Positions 1 to 13,559 of a DNA stretch of 64,000 bases are shown here, piece by piece. The stretch is from NCBI RefSeq assembly GCF_001194135.2, contig NC_068985.1, positions 106,411,462 to 106,475,461 on the forward strand, read 5' to 3'. Under the pieces are notes generated by a model. The model had not been told where the DNA came from, ran no database searches, and was given only the letters and a program-made list of their open reading frames with translations. Source of the DNA: Octopus bimaculoides. Its lineage: Eukaryota. Position 1 is the first letter of the stretch. Each line of letters begins with the position of its first letter. The position numbers were made by a program, and so were the translations under genes.

Positions 1-338
1 TACCTGGCACGAACCCAAACTGCATCTCATCTAAATTGATTCGCTCCCTAATTAGTTGGGCTATGACCCTCTCCGTAACTTTCATAACCTGATCTAACAG
101 CTTGATGCCTCTGTAATTATTTGTATCTAAAGCGTCACCTTTACCTTTGTAGCAGTTTACTATGGTGCTGCTACACCAGTCATTGGGTATGACTCCTTCG
201 TGTATCACCTGGTTCGTAATACGGGTGACTAAGCTGTAGCCAACACTGCCAGATATTTTGAGCATCTCTGCAGTGATTCCTGATGGGCCGGGGGCTTTCC
301 CTGTCTTCATACTCTTAATTGCTTTATCTACAATTGTA
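1..338 (-). mobile_element. 5'-truncated RTE-clade LINE, reverse transcriptase fragment running off the window
   Basis: Hand translation gives an uninterrupted frame of about 112 codons: TIVDKAIKSMKTGKAPGPSGITAEMLK...WCSSTIVNCYKGKGDALDTNNYRGIKLLDQVMKVTERV...DEMQFGFVPG. KAPG, YRGI.LL and QFGF are classic non-LTR RT motifs. Confidence 0.92.
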
Positions 339-590
339 TTATATATATTCCATTTGGGCATTGCAAAACTAATATATTTGTTTTCCCAATTAATTTGCAC
401 TTCATGTTTGAGGCTCTGACAAAACTGTAAAGCGTTATTCAGGCACTCAACTTTTGAGTCCACCACATCTCAAAGTGGAAACAACTGTAAGCTAATGAAG
501 TTCAGAAAATAATAATTTATTCAGTTGTCATCTCTTTTTTTCTTGCCTTTATCATCATCATCATTTAACGTCTGTTTTCCATGCTAGCAT

Positions 591-658
<68 letters not shown>

Positions 659-1253
659 TTTTCTTTTTACATCATTTATATAGTTGTATCTTATCTTTTT
701 TATATATCATTTATATAGCTATATCTTATCTTTTTTTTGATAACTTTTATATAGATATATATCCTATCTTTTTCCGTATATAGACTACGGCCATACTGGG
801 GCATTGCTCTGAAAATTTTTTAGTCAAATGAGTTCACCCCAGTACTGCTAAGTTATGGGGAGGTGCCAATAAAACAATCCATTTCATTTCTTTACTTTAT
901 TATTTCATGACTAATATTTTAATCAATCAATCAATTGGTTGTTATATTCCTTTTATCACTATTTATGACTCCATCAATGCTGTTTTATACGCACACACAC
1001 ATATATACATACACAACATAAATATATATATGTGTATGATTGTAACAGCTGGTACTTCTTATCCGGTTATTCGAATTTCACGTTTTCAATCATCAGACTG
1101 ATTCCAATGTGCATACAGCAAATGCATTCTATTGAGGTGTAACAGGTTATTCAAATACCCAGTTGCAAGGAGCCAGCTGTTGAAATTGTAACTCTTTCCT
1201 CTTAGTGTTATGCGCAGTATCACCATTTTATTTTTAATACAAATCTCTATCTA

Positions 1254-1590
1254 TTTTACTTGTTTCAGTCATTTGACTGTAGCCATGCACGACCACCACT
1301 CTAAAAGGGTTTTAGTTGAAGAAATCAACCCTAGGACTTATTCTTTGTCAGCCTAGTACTTATTCTATTTGTCTCTTTTGCTGAACCGCTAACTTATGGA
1401 GATGTAAACAAATCAACATTAGTTGTCGAGCAATGGTGGTGGGGACAAACACAGACACATAAATACATACATATATTAACATATACGATGGACTCACAAG
1501 GCTTTGGTCAGCTCAAGGCTATAGTAGAAGACACTTGTCCAAGGTACCATGTGATTGGGAAGCAAGCTTCTTACTACACAGCCGTGCCTA
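1254..1590 (-). mobile_element. SINE family A copy (internally deleted)
   Basis: Reverse complement of the family A 3' end (TTTTACTTGTTTCAGTCATTTGACTG) and head (CTTCTTACTACACAGCC). Confidence 0.8.
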
Positions 1591-1763
1591 AGGCCAGATT
1601 ATATTAGATCGCTAATCACTATACACATTTTTTTCTCTCTTTGGAAGAGTGTAGGCTCGAAACGTTAAAGACTTTTTCAATTCTTGAGCATTATACTAAT
1701 ACATCTGTTTGTTTTCTACACCACCTGTCTTTGTCTTTTGTTTTTTTTGTGTGAATTCTCCCT

Positions 1764-2311
1764 ATCATCATCATTGTTTAACGTCTGCTTTCCATGCTAG
1801 CATGGGTTGGACGATTTGACTGAGGACTGGTAAAACCAGATGGCTACACCAGGCTCCAATCTGATTTGGCAGAGTTTCTACAGCTGGATGCCCTTCCTAA
1901 CGCCAACCACTCCGAGAGTTTAGTGGGTGCTTTTACGTGCCACCAGCACGAAGGCAAGTCAGGGGGTACTAGCAATGGCCATGCTCAAAATGGTGTATTT
2001 TACGTGCCACCCGCACAAGAGCCAGACCAGGGGCACTGGCAACGATCTCGCTTGAAAGTCCTTACACATGCCACGNNNNNNNNNNNNNNNNNNNNNNNNN
2101 NNNNNNNNNNNNNNNNNNNNNNNNNNNNNNNNNNNNNNNNNNNNNNNNNNNNNNNNNNNNNNNNNNNNNNNNNNNNNNNNNNNNNNNNNNNNNNNNNNNN
2201 NNNNNNNNNNNNNNNNNNNNNNNNNNGTTGGCATGGGTGCCAGTCGTCGAATTTAGTTCAATTTCAATTTCACTTGCCTCAACAGGTCTTCACAAGCGGA
2301 GTTTAGTGTCC
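1764..2311 (-). mobile_element. RTE-tailed retroposon (family C) with ~60-bp internal repeats, spanning a gap
   Basis: 3' end ...CCAACCCATGCTAGCATGGAAAGCAGACGTTAAAC(GAT)n on the minus strand; repeated TTTTACGTGCCACC...CCAG...GGCACTGGCAA units. Confidence 0.8.
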
Positions 2312-2324
2312 TCTCTCTCTCTCT

Positions 2325-2367
<43 letters not shown>

Positions 2368-5229
2368 CTGACTATGTATACATTTTGATTCATTTTATGT
2401 CTGTTTTACAATGCTAGCATGGGTTAAACAAATATATTATTGAAGTATTAATTCTGGGTTCAATCCCACAGCATGATACCTTGGGCTAGAGTCTCCTACT
2501 ATAGCCCCAGGGCAACCTAAGCCTTGTGAATGGATGTTAGATGTAAACTGCAAGAAGACTGTTATATATACGTATGTGTGTGTGTGTGTGTGTGTCGCCT
2601 AGTCTTGATGTCTTGTGATAGTTGTAAATGAGAGTCACTCTCTACAAAAACATGTCCAACCGTGGGGAAATATCACCTTGCTTGGAAAAAAAATAAGGGT
2701 TGGTGACAGAAAAGGGATCCAGCTGTAGGACATCTGTTCCATATGACCCATACAAGCATTGAAAAATGAATGTTAAAACAATGATGCAACGATGATGATG
2801 GCACTCTATGTATCCCAATAAGTATGCTTAAAATGCAAAAAAAAGGATAATAAAACAAACAATAACAATAAGCATTTCAGATATTTTATTATTTTTTATT
2901 TATTTTAATTTATTTATTGGAAAAAAGTTTAAAAATTGAACAGAACATTGTCTTCGAGATGGCAAAAACTAAAAAGATTGGGGTAAAAAAAAATCTGAGA
3001 AAATACAATAAAAACTGGTAAAAATAATAAAGTTAACAACCAAATTTTAACCTTTTATACGATGTAAAAAAAAAGAGACTTGTTTTTTCGTTTTTGTTTT
3101 TAGAAATTTTTTCAACTTCATTTAAAGAATTAGTGTGGAGATTTTTGTGGTGGCTTGGAGGAAGAGAAGAGGAAGTTAATATGTCTGTGGAACACTGTAA
3201 TTAAATGTCAGCTGTGAAATACATATACACACACATACACATGTATACATGTGTGTGTGTGTATATATATATGCATGCTTATCTGTGTGTGTATACATAT
3301 ATGCACACACATATATATGCATATACATGTATGTATGCATATATATGTACGTACACACACATATATACATATACATACATATATGCGTGCACACACACAC
3401 AAACATATATACAAGCATACATGTATGTGTGTGTGAGAATGTGTACATATGTTGTGTATTTATGTCAGAGTGTGGTATAGGAGAGACAGAAAGAGAGAAG
3501 AGATGAGATTCTTGATTGATGAAAATATCTCGGCTGCAGAGAAGCCACAATAGTACATACTGGGAGAAAGTGGACAACCTTTATCAAATTGGAGGTAAAA
3601 AAGCAATCAGAAAAGAGATACAATTCATGGAATGAGATGGGGCAAGTGGTGGAGGTAAGACTGACTGGTGACATTTATGTGGATAACACTTAATGAAGAG
3701 GATGAATCATCTAGTGAGGAGATTGAGCATAAGTAAACCCACTTGAGTGAAGGTGTGTTGTAGTGAAGTCAACACTGAATACATAGTTGAGTGGAGGTGT
3801 CATCTAGTGACTTTAACAAATGTGGGTACATACAGTTGAGAAGAGATGTTCTTTAGTAAGGTCAACAATAGTGGATAGCCAACCTTCACTTCAGTGGAGG
3901 TGTCAACTTGAGTGGGTAATCCACAATTGAATGGAGATGTGGGCTGCTGAGGTCAATGGTTGTTGGGAACCTGCATTTACCAACATCAAAAGTATGAAAC
4001 TAAAACAGTTCACCTTAGTTAGCAGGGAGGATGTATTAGTTGAAATGATAGTGGTTAAGCCAGAGCTGAGTGTTGGAATGACTGGTGGGTTAGGAATAAT
4101 TAAACTATGATTAGATCAACTTTTAAACTTAGTGTGGTTAAAATTGCAGCCCTCTTCCACAGAGAAGAAGTCATTTAGTAGAATTAAAATGTGTAAATTA
4201 GACTGGAGAAGAGGAGAGTGAAACTACCGCTGGTGAATTCAACTTAAAGGGGGAAGTATTAGGCTTTGAAACATATGAAGTTACAGTGCAGTGATGTACA
4301 TAGAGTACACAACCAACAAGGCTAGGTGCATTAGCAGTAGTGCGTAGAACAAGAGGTTAATGAAGTACACAATAGTGTAGAAAAGTGTGTCATTCCTGCA
4401 GCTAAATACATCACTGATAAAACAAGGAACATCATCACGACCACTAGGTACACCACCAGTACAGCTAGGGAAACCACCAATACAACTAGGTTTGGCGAAT
4501 AGGTTTTCAGAAGACAATGGGATATATTGTGGGGATGTGTTCAGTTGAGAAGATTATTAGCTACTGTTTCTGTCAAGGATATAAGATTTGTATGATAAAA
4601 TAAATATCTCATAATTACAATAGGGATTATCCTCCAATGTGAGTATGCGTGCTTGTATGCATAAGTGAGGGGATCCATGCACATGCTTGTGTATGTGTGT
4701 GTGTAAGTATGTATGTAAATATGTGTATCTATGAATGTGTGTGAATATCTGAGTGAGATGGAAGTGAAAATGGAATAGAAATAGAGCAGAAAATCTGCAG
4801 CCCTACAGCAGCCAAAAGAGTAAAGACATTAGATATATAGAGAGGTACACCGATGAAAGAATTGCAGCTTCTACACAGGAGCAGAAGTGGAAATAAAATG
4901 CAGTGGACAGCAGAGCAGCATGGCAGTAAATGCATAAAGTAAAAATGAAGCAAAGCTGAAACAAACAATTTTGAGACATACTGGAAATAGAGCAGAGATG
5001 CAGTAGAGACAAACAAGAAATGGAGCGGAAATGCAGTAGAGGCAAAATAGAAACGGAGCAGAGTTGCAGTAGAGGCAGATTGGTAAAAGATGGTTAAAAA
5101 ATACAGTGTCTTTGTAAATATAAACTGTTAGAGGCACATGGGAAAAAAGGGGAGGGGAAACACAGATATATATACACATACATATGTCAGAATGTGTGTA
5201 TGTATATAAATATATCAAAGTGTGAATGC

Positions 5230-5292
<63 letters not shown>

Positions 5293-5691
5293 GGTTTGTG
5301 TGTGCATGTGTGTGTGTATATATATATATATACATACACACATACATGTTTATGTGCGTATGTAAAAAATTTATAATATATGTATATATGTGCATAGAGA
5401 TTATATACACCAGCTCACATACACACACTATTACATATTTACACATGTAAGCATGCACCCACCCACACGTACATATTCCTGTTTATATAGTTTTTTTTTT
5501 TACTATTTTTGTTTTTATATATAAAAAAAACAATAAAAGAGAAATCAACAAAAACAATGTGTGTGTGTTTGTGTGTATGCATGTGCATGCACATGCGTGT
5601 GTATGTGCATACACTATAACTTACTAAGCAGCAGAATGCTTCTTGTACCAGAACATACCTAGTTTTGCTGAAAAATGATTTAGGTGTTTAT

Positions 5692-5740
<49 letters not shown>

Positions 5741-6069
5741 GAACGTATATAAATGTTCTGAATGTACTGAAGAGGAAAGAGGCCCAGAAGTTTAAAAATT
5801 GGGTTCCATTAAGTTGCTGGATACACATTTGCCTGTAAGGATCATAGTCATTGGGGAGCAAGGCTAAAACATATTTTATATACTTACATAGAAGCATATG
5901 AGAGAGAGGGAGAGAGATAGAGAGAGGGAGAGAGATAGAGAGAGAGAGAAAGAGAGAGATAGAGAGAGAGAGAAAGAGAGAGAAAGTATATGTGCATAGG
6001 CATACACACAAAATATGTATCTACATATACAAATATATAGGTATACACACATGCATAAATATATACCAC

Positions 6070-6115
<46 letters not shown>

Positions 6116-6130
6116 AATGTATGTGTGTGC

Positions 6131-6176
<46 letters not shown>

Positions 6177-6811
6177 CACACACATTTATGGAAATGTACA
6201 TACACATAAATATATACATGTATATGCATACTTTATAAACTTAGAAATAACAATATATGTTTGTGTGAATGTGTGTANNNNNNNNNNNNNNNNNNNNNNN
6301 NNNNNNNNNNNNNNNNNNNNNNNNNNNNNNNNNNNNNNNNNNNNNNNNNNNNNNNNNNNNNNNNNNNNNNNNNNNNNNNNNNNNNNNNNNNNNNNNNNNN
6401 NNNNNNNNNNNNNNNNNNNNNNNNNNNNNNNNNNNNNNNNNNNNNNNNNNNNNNNNNNNNNNNNNNNNNNNNNNNNNNNNNNNNNNNNNNNNNNNNNNNN
6501 NNNNNNNNNNNNNNNNNNNNNNNNNNNNNNNNNNNNNNNNNNNNNNNNNNNNNNNNNNNNNNNNNNNNNNNNNNNNNNNNNNNNNNNNNNNNNNNNNNNN
6601 NNNNNNNNNNNNNNNNNNNNNNNNNNNNNNNNNNNNNNNNNNNNNNNNNNNNNNNNNNNNNNNNNNNNNNNNNNNNNNNNNNNNNNNNNNNNNNNNNNNN
6701 NNNNNNNNNNNNNNNNNNNNNNNNNNNNNNNNNNNNNNNNNNNNNNNNNNNNNNNNNNNNNNNNNNNNNNNNNNNNNNNNNNNNNNNNNNNNNNNNNNNN
6801 NNNNNNNNNNN

Positions 6812-6856
<45 letters not shown>

Positions 6857-6867
6857 GTATGTATATG

Positions 6868-6905
<38 letters not shown>

Positions 6906-6927
6906 CACACACATACATACATAATAC

Positions 6928-7268
6928 ATGATGATGATGGCTATCCAGTTGTGACCGAGGAAGACCATCACTGACCACTGCCTGTGCAAAATGCCAGCAA
7001 TGCCCACGCATGAGGTTACTGCACTGCAGTTTTATTCACTGTGTTCATACCAGCGGTTTCCATGCTCACCACAACACCTTCCTTGTTGACTGGGCATCAG
7101 AAAGTTGCCTTGCTGGTGATTGCACAACCTAAAATTTTAGGTCCAAAAAGGCTTGCACAGTACCTCACGGACCCTCTCCACCCTACTGACATGATCCAGA
7201 GACAAGCCAGGGCAACATATCCAGGGCCAATATGGGTTGCTGGCTCAGGAATGTGGGAGCGCCATAAC
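6928..7268 (-). mobile_element. Probable RTE-related non-autonomous retroposon
   Basis: GC-richer unique block ending (minus strand) in ...GGTCTTCCTCGGTCACAACTGGATAGC(CAT)n, a microsatellite tail typical of RTE-mobilised elements. Family assignment is inferred. Confidence 0.45.
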
Positions 7269-7277
7269 CTCATATCC

Positions 7278-7333
<56 letters not shown>

Positions 7334-8238
7334 AAAAAAAAGTCTTGAATGGTACAACAATGCACTATAATACAAAAAATGGACTATATACCTGTTGCAA
7401 TTTAGTTATCTATAGTCCGATGATATTTCGGAATACAATTCCTTCTTCAGATATTCTTAGAAATATATATATATACATAATACATACATATGTATATATA
7501 TAAATTATATATATATGTGCATATATATACACACTATACACACACACACAATACATACATATACATAATATGTATATATGAATATAAATGTGTGTGTGTG
7601 TATATATGTTATGTATATGTATGTATGTTTATGCATATATATATATATATATACATATACATACATGCGTATGTGCAGTACACAGATCTTAGATAATGTC
7701 AATACATACACATAATATATATATATATAGACATATATTAAAATATATAAATACATTACACAAAGAATAATTTATTTTTGCTATTTATCTTCAATATGGA
7801 AAGAGAGGGTGAGAAAGAGAGAGAAAGTGGGCAGTAAGGGTTCCAATAAATAACAAAGGGTACAGAATGTAAGGGATCACAAACAGGCCTAGTTTGTTTG
7901 GGTACAACTTTTCAAAAGAGTAAGGCAGATGATGTTAGTTAAGGATAGTTAGTCAGGAAAGGGATCATGACTCCAGTAAAGCAGACTGGTGTAAATGATG
8001 AAGAAAGCATTGAAATTTAGGATTAAAAAAAAAAGAAATATATACAACAGTTTTTATAAAAGAAAATATTTATGAAATGTTGGAGAAGAAAAAAAAATAT
8101 ATAAATAATAAATAACGATGATTTCTGTATGTAAAGTTGGCACATGGTCCACACATTCTGAAAGGACTAAGATTGACTGATTTGATTCTCTTAGTATTAT
8201 TGGTACTTATTTTATTGAGTCTTATTGAGTCCAGATAG

Positions 8239-8617
8239 TTAGTTAGTAGTTGGCACTCCGTCACTTACGACGTCGAGGGTTCCAGTTGATCCGATCAATG
8301 GAACAGCCTGCTCGTGAAATTAACGTGCAAGTGGCTGAGCACTCCACAGACACGTGTACCCTTAACGTAGTTCTTGGGGATATTCAGCGTGACACAGTGT
8401 GACAAGGCTGACCCTTTGAATTACAGGCACAACAGAAACAGGAAGTAAGAGTGAGAGAAAGTTGTGGTGAAAGAGTACAGTAGGGTTCGCCACCATCCCC
8501 TGCCAGAGCCTCATGGAGTTTTAGGTGTTTTCACTCAATAAACCGGTCTGGGAATCAAAACGGCAATCCTATGACCGCGAGTCCACTGCCCTAACCACTG
8601 GGCCATTGCGCCTCCAC
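8239..8617 (-). mobile_element. tRNA-derived SINE (family D, possibly octopus OR-type), full length, 13-bp TSD
   Basis: Minus-strand head GGAGGCGCAATGGCCCAGTGGTTAGGGC...; TSD TGAGTCCAGATAG at 8226-8238 and 8618-8630. The OR-family label is from memory. Confidence 0.88.
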
Positions 8618-9861
8618 TGAGTCCAGATAGATAAAAGGCAAACAATTCTAGCAGGATTTTGATACACAATGTAACTAAATGCTACAATGCATTTAATCAG
8701 GCACTGTACTATTTCTACTATCCAATATCCAAATAATAATATTAATGATAATAATCCTTTCTATTATTGACACTAGGTCTGAAATTTTGGTGTAAAGGGG
8801 CTACTCAATTACACCAACTGCAATGCTCTTATCAACCCAGAAAGGATGGAAGAATAAGTCGACATTGACAGTGTCTGAATTCAGAATATGAAACCATAAA
8901 GTAATGCTGCTAAGTATTTTGTCTTATGTGCTAACAATTTTGCCAGTTTGTTGGCTGAATAATAGCAATGATTTCAAATTTTAACACAAGGCCAGAAATT
9001 TTAATGGGAGAGGATAAGTTTATTATATCAACCCCAGATGTGCTTTTGTAGTGGACTGCAAGCAAATGATACTGTCTGTTTACAATTGGTGAAATACAAA
9101 CTCACATATACATATTTAAATGTCACAAAATGTAAATTTAATTATAGGCCCTCATAATATAGTATAAGAGTTAATATAATTGACTATACTAATGGGGATT
9201 AACTGGGTTTATACATTAGGAATGTAACACAATGAAATTCAAAGTGGGTACATTTATTTAATAAAGTCTTAAGAAACTTAGTTCCAAAAGAGAGTTGTGG
9301 AATGAAAGAAAACAAGATGTGAAAGTACTACAAAACAATTTCATTGATGAAGCAGACACTACCAGATGTACTAATGGAGAAAATTGAATTTTCAGAAGTA
9401 TTTTAGATCAACTCAACTGAAAAGTCTAGCAATTTTGAAGAAGTCTCACATTTGAAATTACTGAAAGAGTCAATTGCAGTCATTGAATGAAGTTTGAGAA
9501 AAAACTTTGTTAGAGGGAACATTAGTTATTGCTTAGCACCATGCTACCCCTAACTGAGCAGGCCTAAAGTAGAAGACATTTGAATGATGATCATTCTGTC
9601 TTTTTTTTCATAGTGTATCTAAGAGGACATTATCTAATGTTTTGTTACAGTTAGTATTTAGACATGGATAAAAATTACATTGTATGTACAAGAGCAAAGA
9701 ATTGTTACAATTTAAAAGTGTCAAGCTAAAAGGATTCAAGGAAGAAAGTACTTTCTTGGTATCTTTTTTAAAAGAAGGAATCAAAGAATTTTAAAATACA
9801 TTAACTAACATTATATAACTTTAACTCTTTTGATACAAACTTTCTGTTTTAAAGTTACCTA

Positions 9862-10262
9862 GGCGCAGGAGTGGCTGTGTGGTAAGTAGCTTGCTTACCA
9901 ACCACATGGTTCTGAGTTCAGTCACACTGCGTGGCACTTTGGGCAGGTGTCTTCTACTATAGCCTTGGGCTGACCAAAGCCTTGTGAGTGGATTTGGTAG
10001 ACGGAAACTGAAAGAAGCCTGTCGTATATATGTATATGTATATATATATGTGTGTGTGTTTGTGTGTCTGTGTTTGTCCCCTCAACATCGCTTGACAACC
10101 AATGCTGATGTGTTTACGTCCCCATAACTTAGCAGTTCGGCAAAAGAGACCGATAGAATAATTACAAGGCTTACAAAGAATAAGTCCTAGGGTCGATTTG
10201 CTCGACTAAAGGCGGTGCTCCAGTATGGGCGCAGTCAAATGACTGAAACAAGTAAAGGAGTA
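9862..10262 (+). mobile_element. Full-length tRNA-derived SINE (family A)
   Basis: Head GGCGCAGGAGTGGCTGTGTGGTAAGTAGC...GGTTCTGAGTTCAGTC (Pol III A/B boxes), central (TA)n(TG)n, 3' end ...CAAATGACTGAAACAAGTAAAGGAG. Many copies in the window. Confidence 0.88.
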
Positions 10263-10933
10263 AATTAAAACCTTCCATCAAAATTTATGTTTCAAACACA
10301 GCTTAATAATGGTTTCAAATTTTGGCACGACTCCACCTATTGTACGAACAGGGGATTAGTCAATTACATTGACCCCACTGTCCAACTGGTACTTATTCTA
10401 TCAAGCCTAAAAGGATGAAAGGTAAAGTTGACCTAGGCAATTTGACCTCAGAATGTAATGAGACCAATGAAATGTCACTAGGCATTTTTTCCAGTGCTTT
10501 AATGATGACAATTACTTAACTAAATTCCTATATTAAAAAATAATTAAAACCAAAACAGTGTTTCGACAGAAATATGACAACAAAATGGTTAATTACTATC
10601 AAAGATACTGGTTCTGATGAATTTTCTGTGAAATATTTCCTTGTCAGCATTTTACTATTTTGTTTCTAAAATACTTCAGGCATACTTCTTTACTCACTGT
10701 TATTGATGGGTTTTCTCTACTACTCAAAATATGTATGTATATATGTATTCTCAAGCAATATCTACATTACAAAGAATATTGTTTAGTGATAATATATGGC
10801 ACGAATAACTACAATAACATTCTGACCAATCATATGCCATAATCATTAATATACTGCTTGATGATAATGAAAAATATACCTGGTCTATTACTTATATTGA
10901 GTATGCTTTTATGTGTAACTTATGGACAAACTG

Positions 10934-10970
<37 letters not shown>

Positions 10971-11012
10971 TATAATCCTATTCACTGGGTTAACTGGGTG
11001 TGTGTGTGTATG

Positions 11013-11048
<36 letters not shown>

Positions 11049-11584
11049 NNNNNNNNNNNNNNNNNNNNNNNNNNNNNNNNNNNNNNNNNNNNNNNNNNNN
11101 NNNNNNNNNNNNNNNNNNNNNNNNNNNNNNNNNNNNNNNNNNNNNNNNNNNNNNNNNNNNNNNNNNNNNNNNNNNNNNNNNNNNNNNNNNNNNNNNNNNN
11201 NNNNNNNNNNNNNNNNNNNNNNNNNNNNNNNNNNNNNNNNNNNNNNNNNNNNNNNNNNNNNNNNNNNNNNNNNNNNNNNNNNNNNNNNNNNNNNNNNNNN
11301 NNNNNNNNNNNNNNNNNNNNNNNNNNNNNNNNNNNNNNNNNNNNNNNNNNNNNNNNNNNNNNNNNNNNNNNNNNNNNNNNNNNNNNNNNNNNNNNNNNNN
11401 NNNNNNNNNNNNNNNNNNNNNNNNNNNNNNNNNNNNNNNGGTGTTTATAAGCTATTTAAAATAACACACAAGCCGTCGGATTCACTTCAACATTTAAATT
11501 TAATTTGTCAAAATATCTTGTGAATCCGACGGCTTTTGTGTGTTATTTTAAATGGCTTATAAACACCTTCCACGCTGCAATTGT

Positions 11585-11615
<31 letters not shown>

Positions 11616-11941
11616 CATAATACACACACACACATACACATAACAGTTAACACAGTAAATAAAATTATTTTGAACACTGTAAAACATGATAATCAAGAAT
11701 GCCAAAGGTTAAGAACAGTTATTTCAGGCTTTCACAGACTAAGCTCACAAAACACCAGATTTCAATCAAATAGGAGAGGGAGTCAATATTGATGGTAATA
11801 ACCAACTACATCATCATCTAAAAATGAATGGGTAAATAAATAATTAAATAAATGAGTGATACTTGATAAAGTATAGAAGAAAAAAAAGAGAAAATGAAAG
11901 AGAGAAGCAGGAGGAAAAGGAGAAATAGAGATCACGAGAGG

Positions 11942-12017
<76 letters not shown>

Positions 12018-12308
12018 TATATATATATATATAACCAGCTATATGTATCTGTGTACATACACACACACATATATACATGAATATACATGCATACATATAT
12101 ATACATAAATATATCTGTGTATATACATATATACACATGAATAAATAAATACATACATATTCACGTATACACATACATAGTTGTGTGTGTATATATACAT
12201 ATATATGTGTGTGTGTGTGTGTATGCATGTGTATATATGTGTGTGCATATGTACATGTTATATATATATAAACACACACATGTATTTATTTACGTAGCTA
12301 TATGTGTA

Positions 12309-12356
<48 letters not shown>

Positions 12357-12573
12357 TACATATACATATCTACGGATGTGTATACACACACACACACACA
12401 CACATGTACGATGAAAGACAGAAATATTGTGTTGCCTGTCCCCTGTTTCTCCCATTACAAAAGTGGACATGACACACCAACCACTATTATTTGTGGTTAC
12501 ATTTCAATCATTGACTGACTGAAGCCATCTGTACCCTAGGACCACTGCCATGACAAAGTAAGGAGTGGAGTGG

Positions 12574-12679
12574 CTACACTTGGATGATCTCATTCTGGTC
12601 AGCTATGTTCAACATGATGGTGTTGGGCCCAGGAGGATTAATGATATTGTCTTCCAATACATCATGGATTTCTGGAAAC
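12574..12679 (-). CDS. TMEM72: TMEM72-like last coding exon 6 (FPEIHDVLEDNIINPPGPNTIMLNIADQNEIIQV*)
   Basis: Acceptor TTCTTTCAATTTCTACAG. Phase 2 completes AG|G (Arg). 34 codons then TAG at 12576-12574; the six exons total 561 nt in one frame. Confidence 0.85.
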
Positions 12680-13165
12680 CTGTAGAAATTGAAAGAATCA
12701 GTGAATGAGGTGACTGTTGTGAGAGCGAAAGAGATATATATATAGAGAAAGAGAGAGCAGTGTTATCAAGGTTGAGTACTAGTGGTAGTGGCAATTGAGA
12801 AAGAGTGATGGTAGTGGTGGTGGTTGTGTTGTTATTCTTAAACCTAGATGTGCCCTAACCAAGAACTATGGTCAAAGGCATATCCACCCATGAAAATCCT
12901 ATCTTTGGCAATGTATATTGATGTCGGTTTAAAAATAAACAAGCATATCACTGAAATATGAAAGCTATGAGATACTGCATGATTACTTCAAAACAATATG
13001 AATAAATAAGCATTACATTTGATAGAGTTATCTGAACACTTAATGTGTGGACCATGTGCCAACTTTACATAAAGAAATCGCTAACCATTACATACATGAT
13101 GATTCCTGTATGTAAAGTTGGCACATGGTCCACACATTCTGAGAGGACCAGGATTGACTGATCTC

Positions 13166-13559
13166 ATCATCATCGTTTAACGTCTGCTTTCCATGCTGGC
13201 ATGGGTTGGACGGTTTGACTGAGGACTGGTTAGCCAGAGGCTGCACCAGGCTCAATCCAATCTGGCAAAGTTTCTACAACTGGATGCCCTTCCTAATGTC
13301 AACCACTCCAAGAGTTTAGTGGGTGTTTTTTATGTGCCACCGGCACAAGGGCCAGTCAGGCGGTTCTGGTAATGACCATGCTCAAAAGGTGTTTTTACGT
13401 GTTACCTGCACAAGAGCCAGTCCGGCGGCACTGGCAACAACCACGCTTTTCACATGCCACTGGCATATGTGCCGATAAGGCAACACTGGCATGGGAGCCA
13501 ATCCGTGGCCTTGGCAATGATCATGTTCGGATATACTTGTAACGTTCCACTGGCACGAG
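13166..13559 (-). mobile_element. Family C retroposon in TMEM72 intron 5
   Basis: Same tail and internal repeats as 1764-2311; imperfect TSD GATCTC/GATTCTC. The paralogous segment at 8117-8756 shows the empty site. Confidence 0.82.

Noticed and set aside
1866-2306. 146-aa [19 protein letters not shown]...
   Set aside because: Read through a family C retroposon and an assembly gap; the same peptide recurs wherever the repeat occurs.
9250-9500. Possible hAT/ZMYM-type transposase remnant (FIDEADTTRCTNGEN*IFRSILDQLN)
   Set aside because: Only a vague motif resemblance with several stops and no TIRs; cannot be supported without a profile search.
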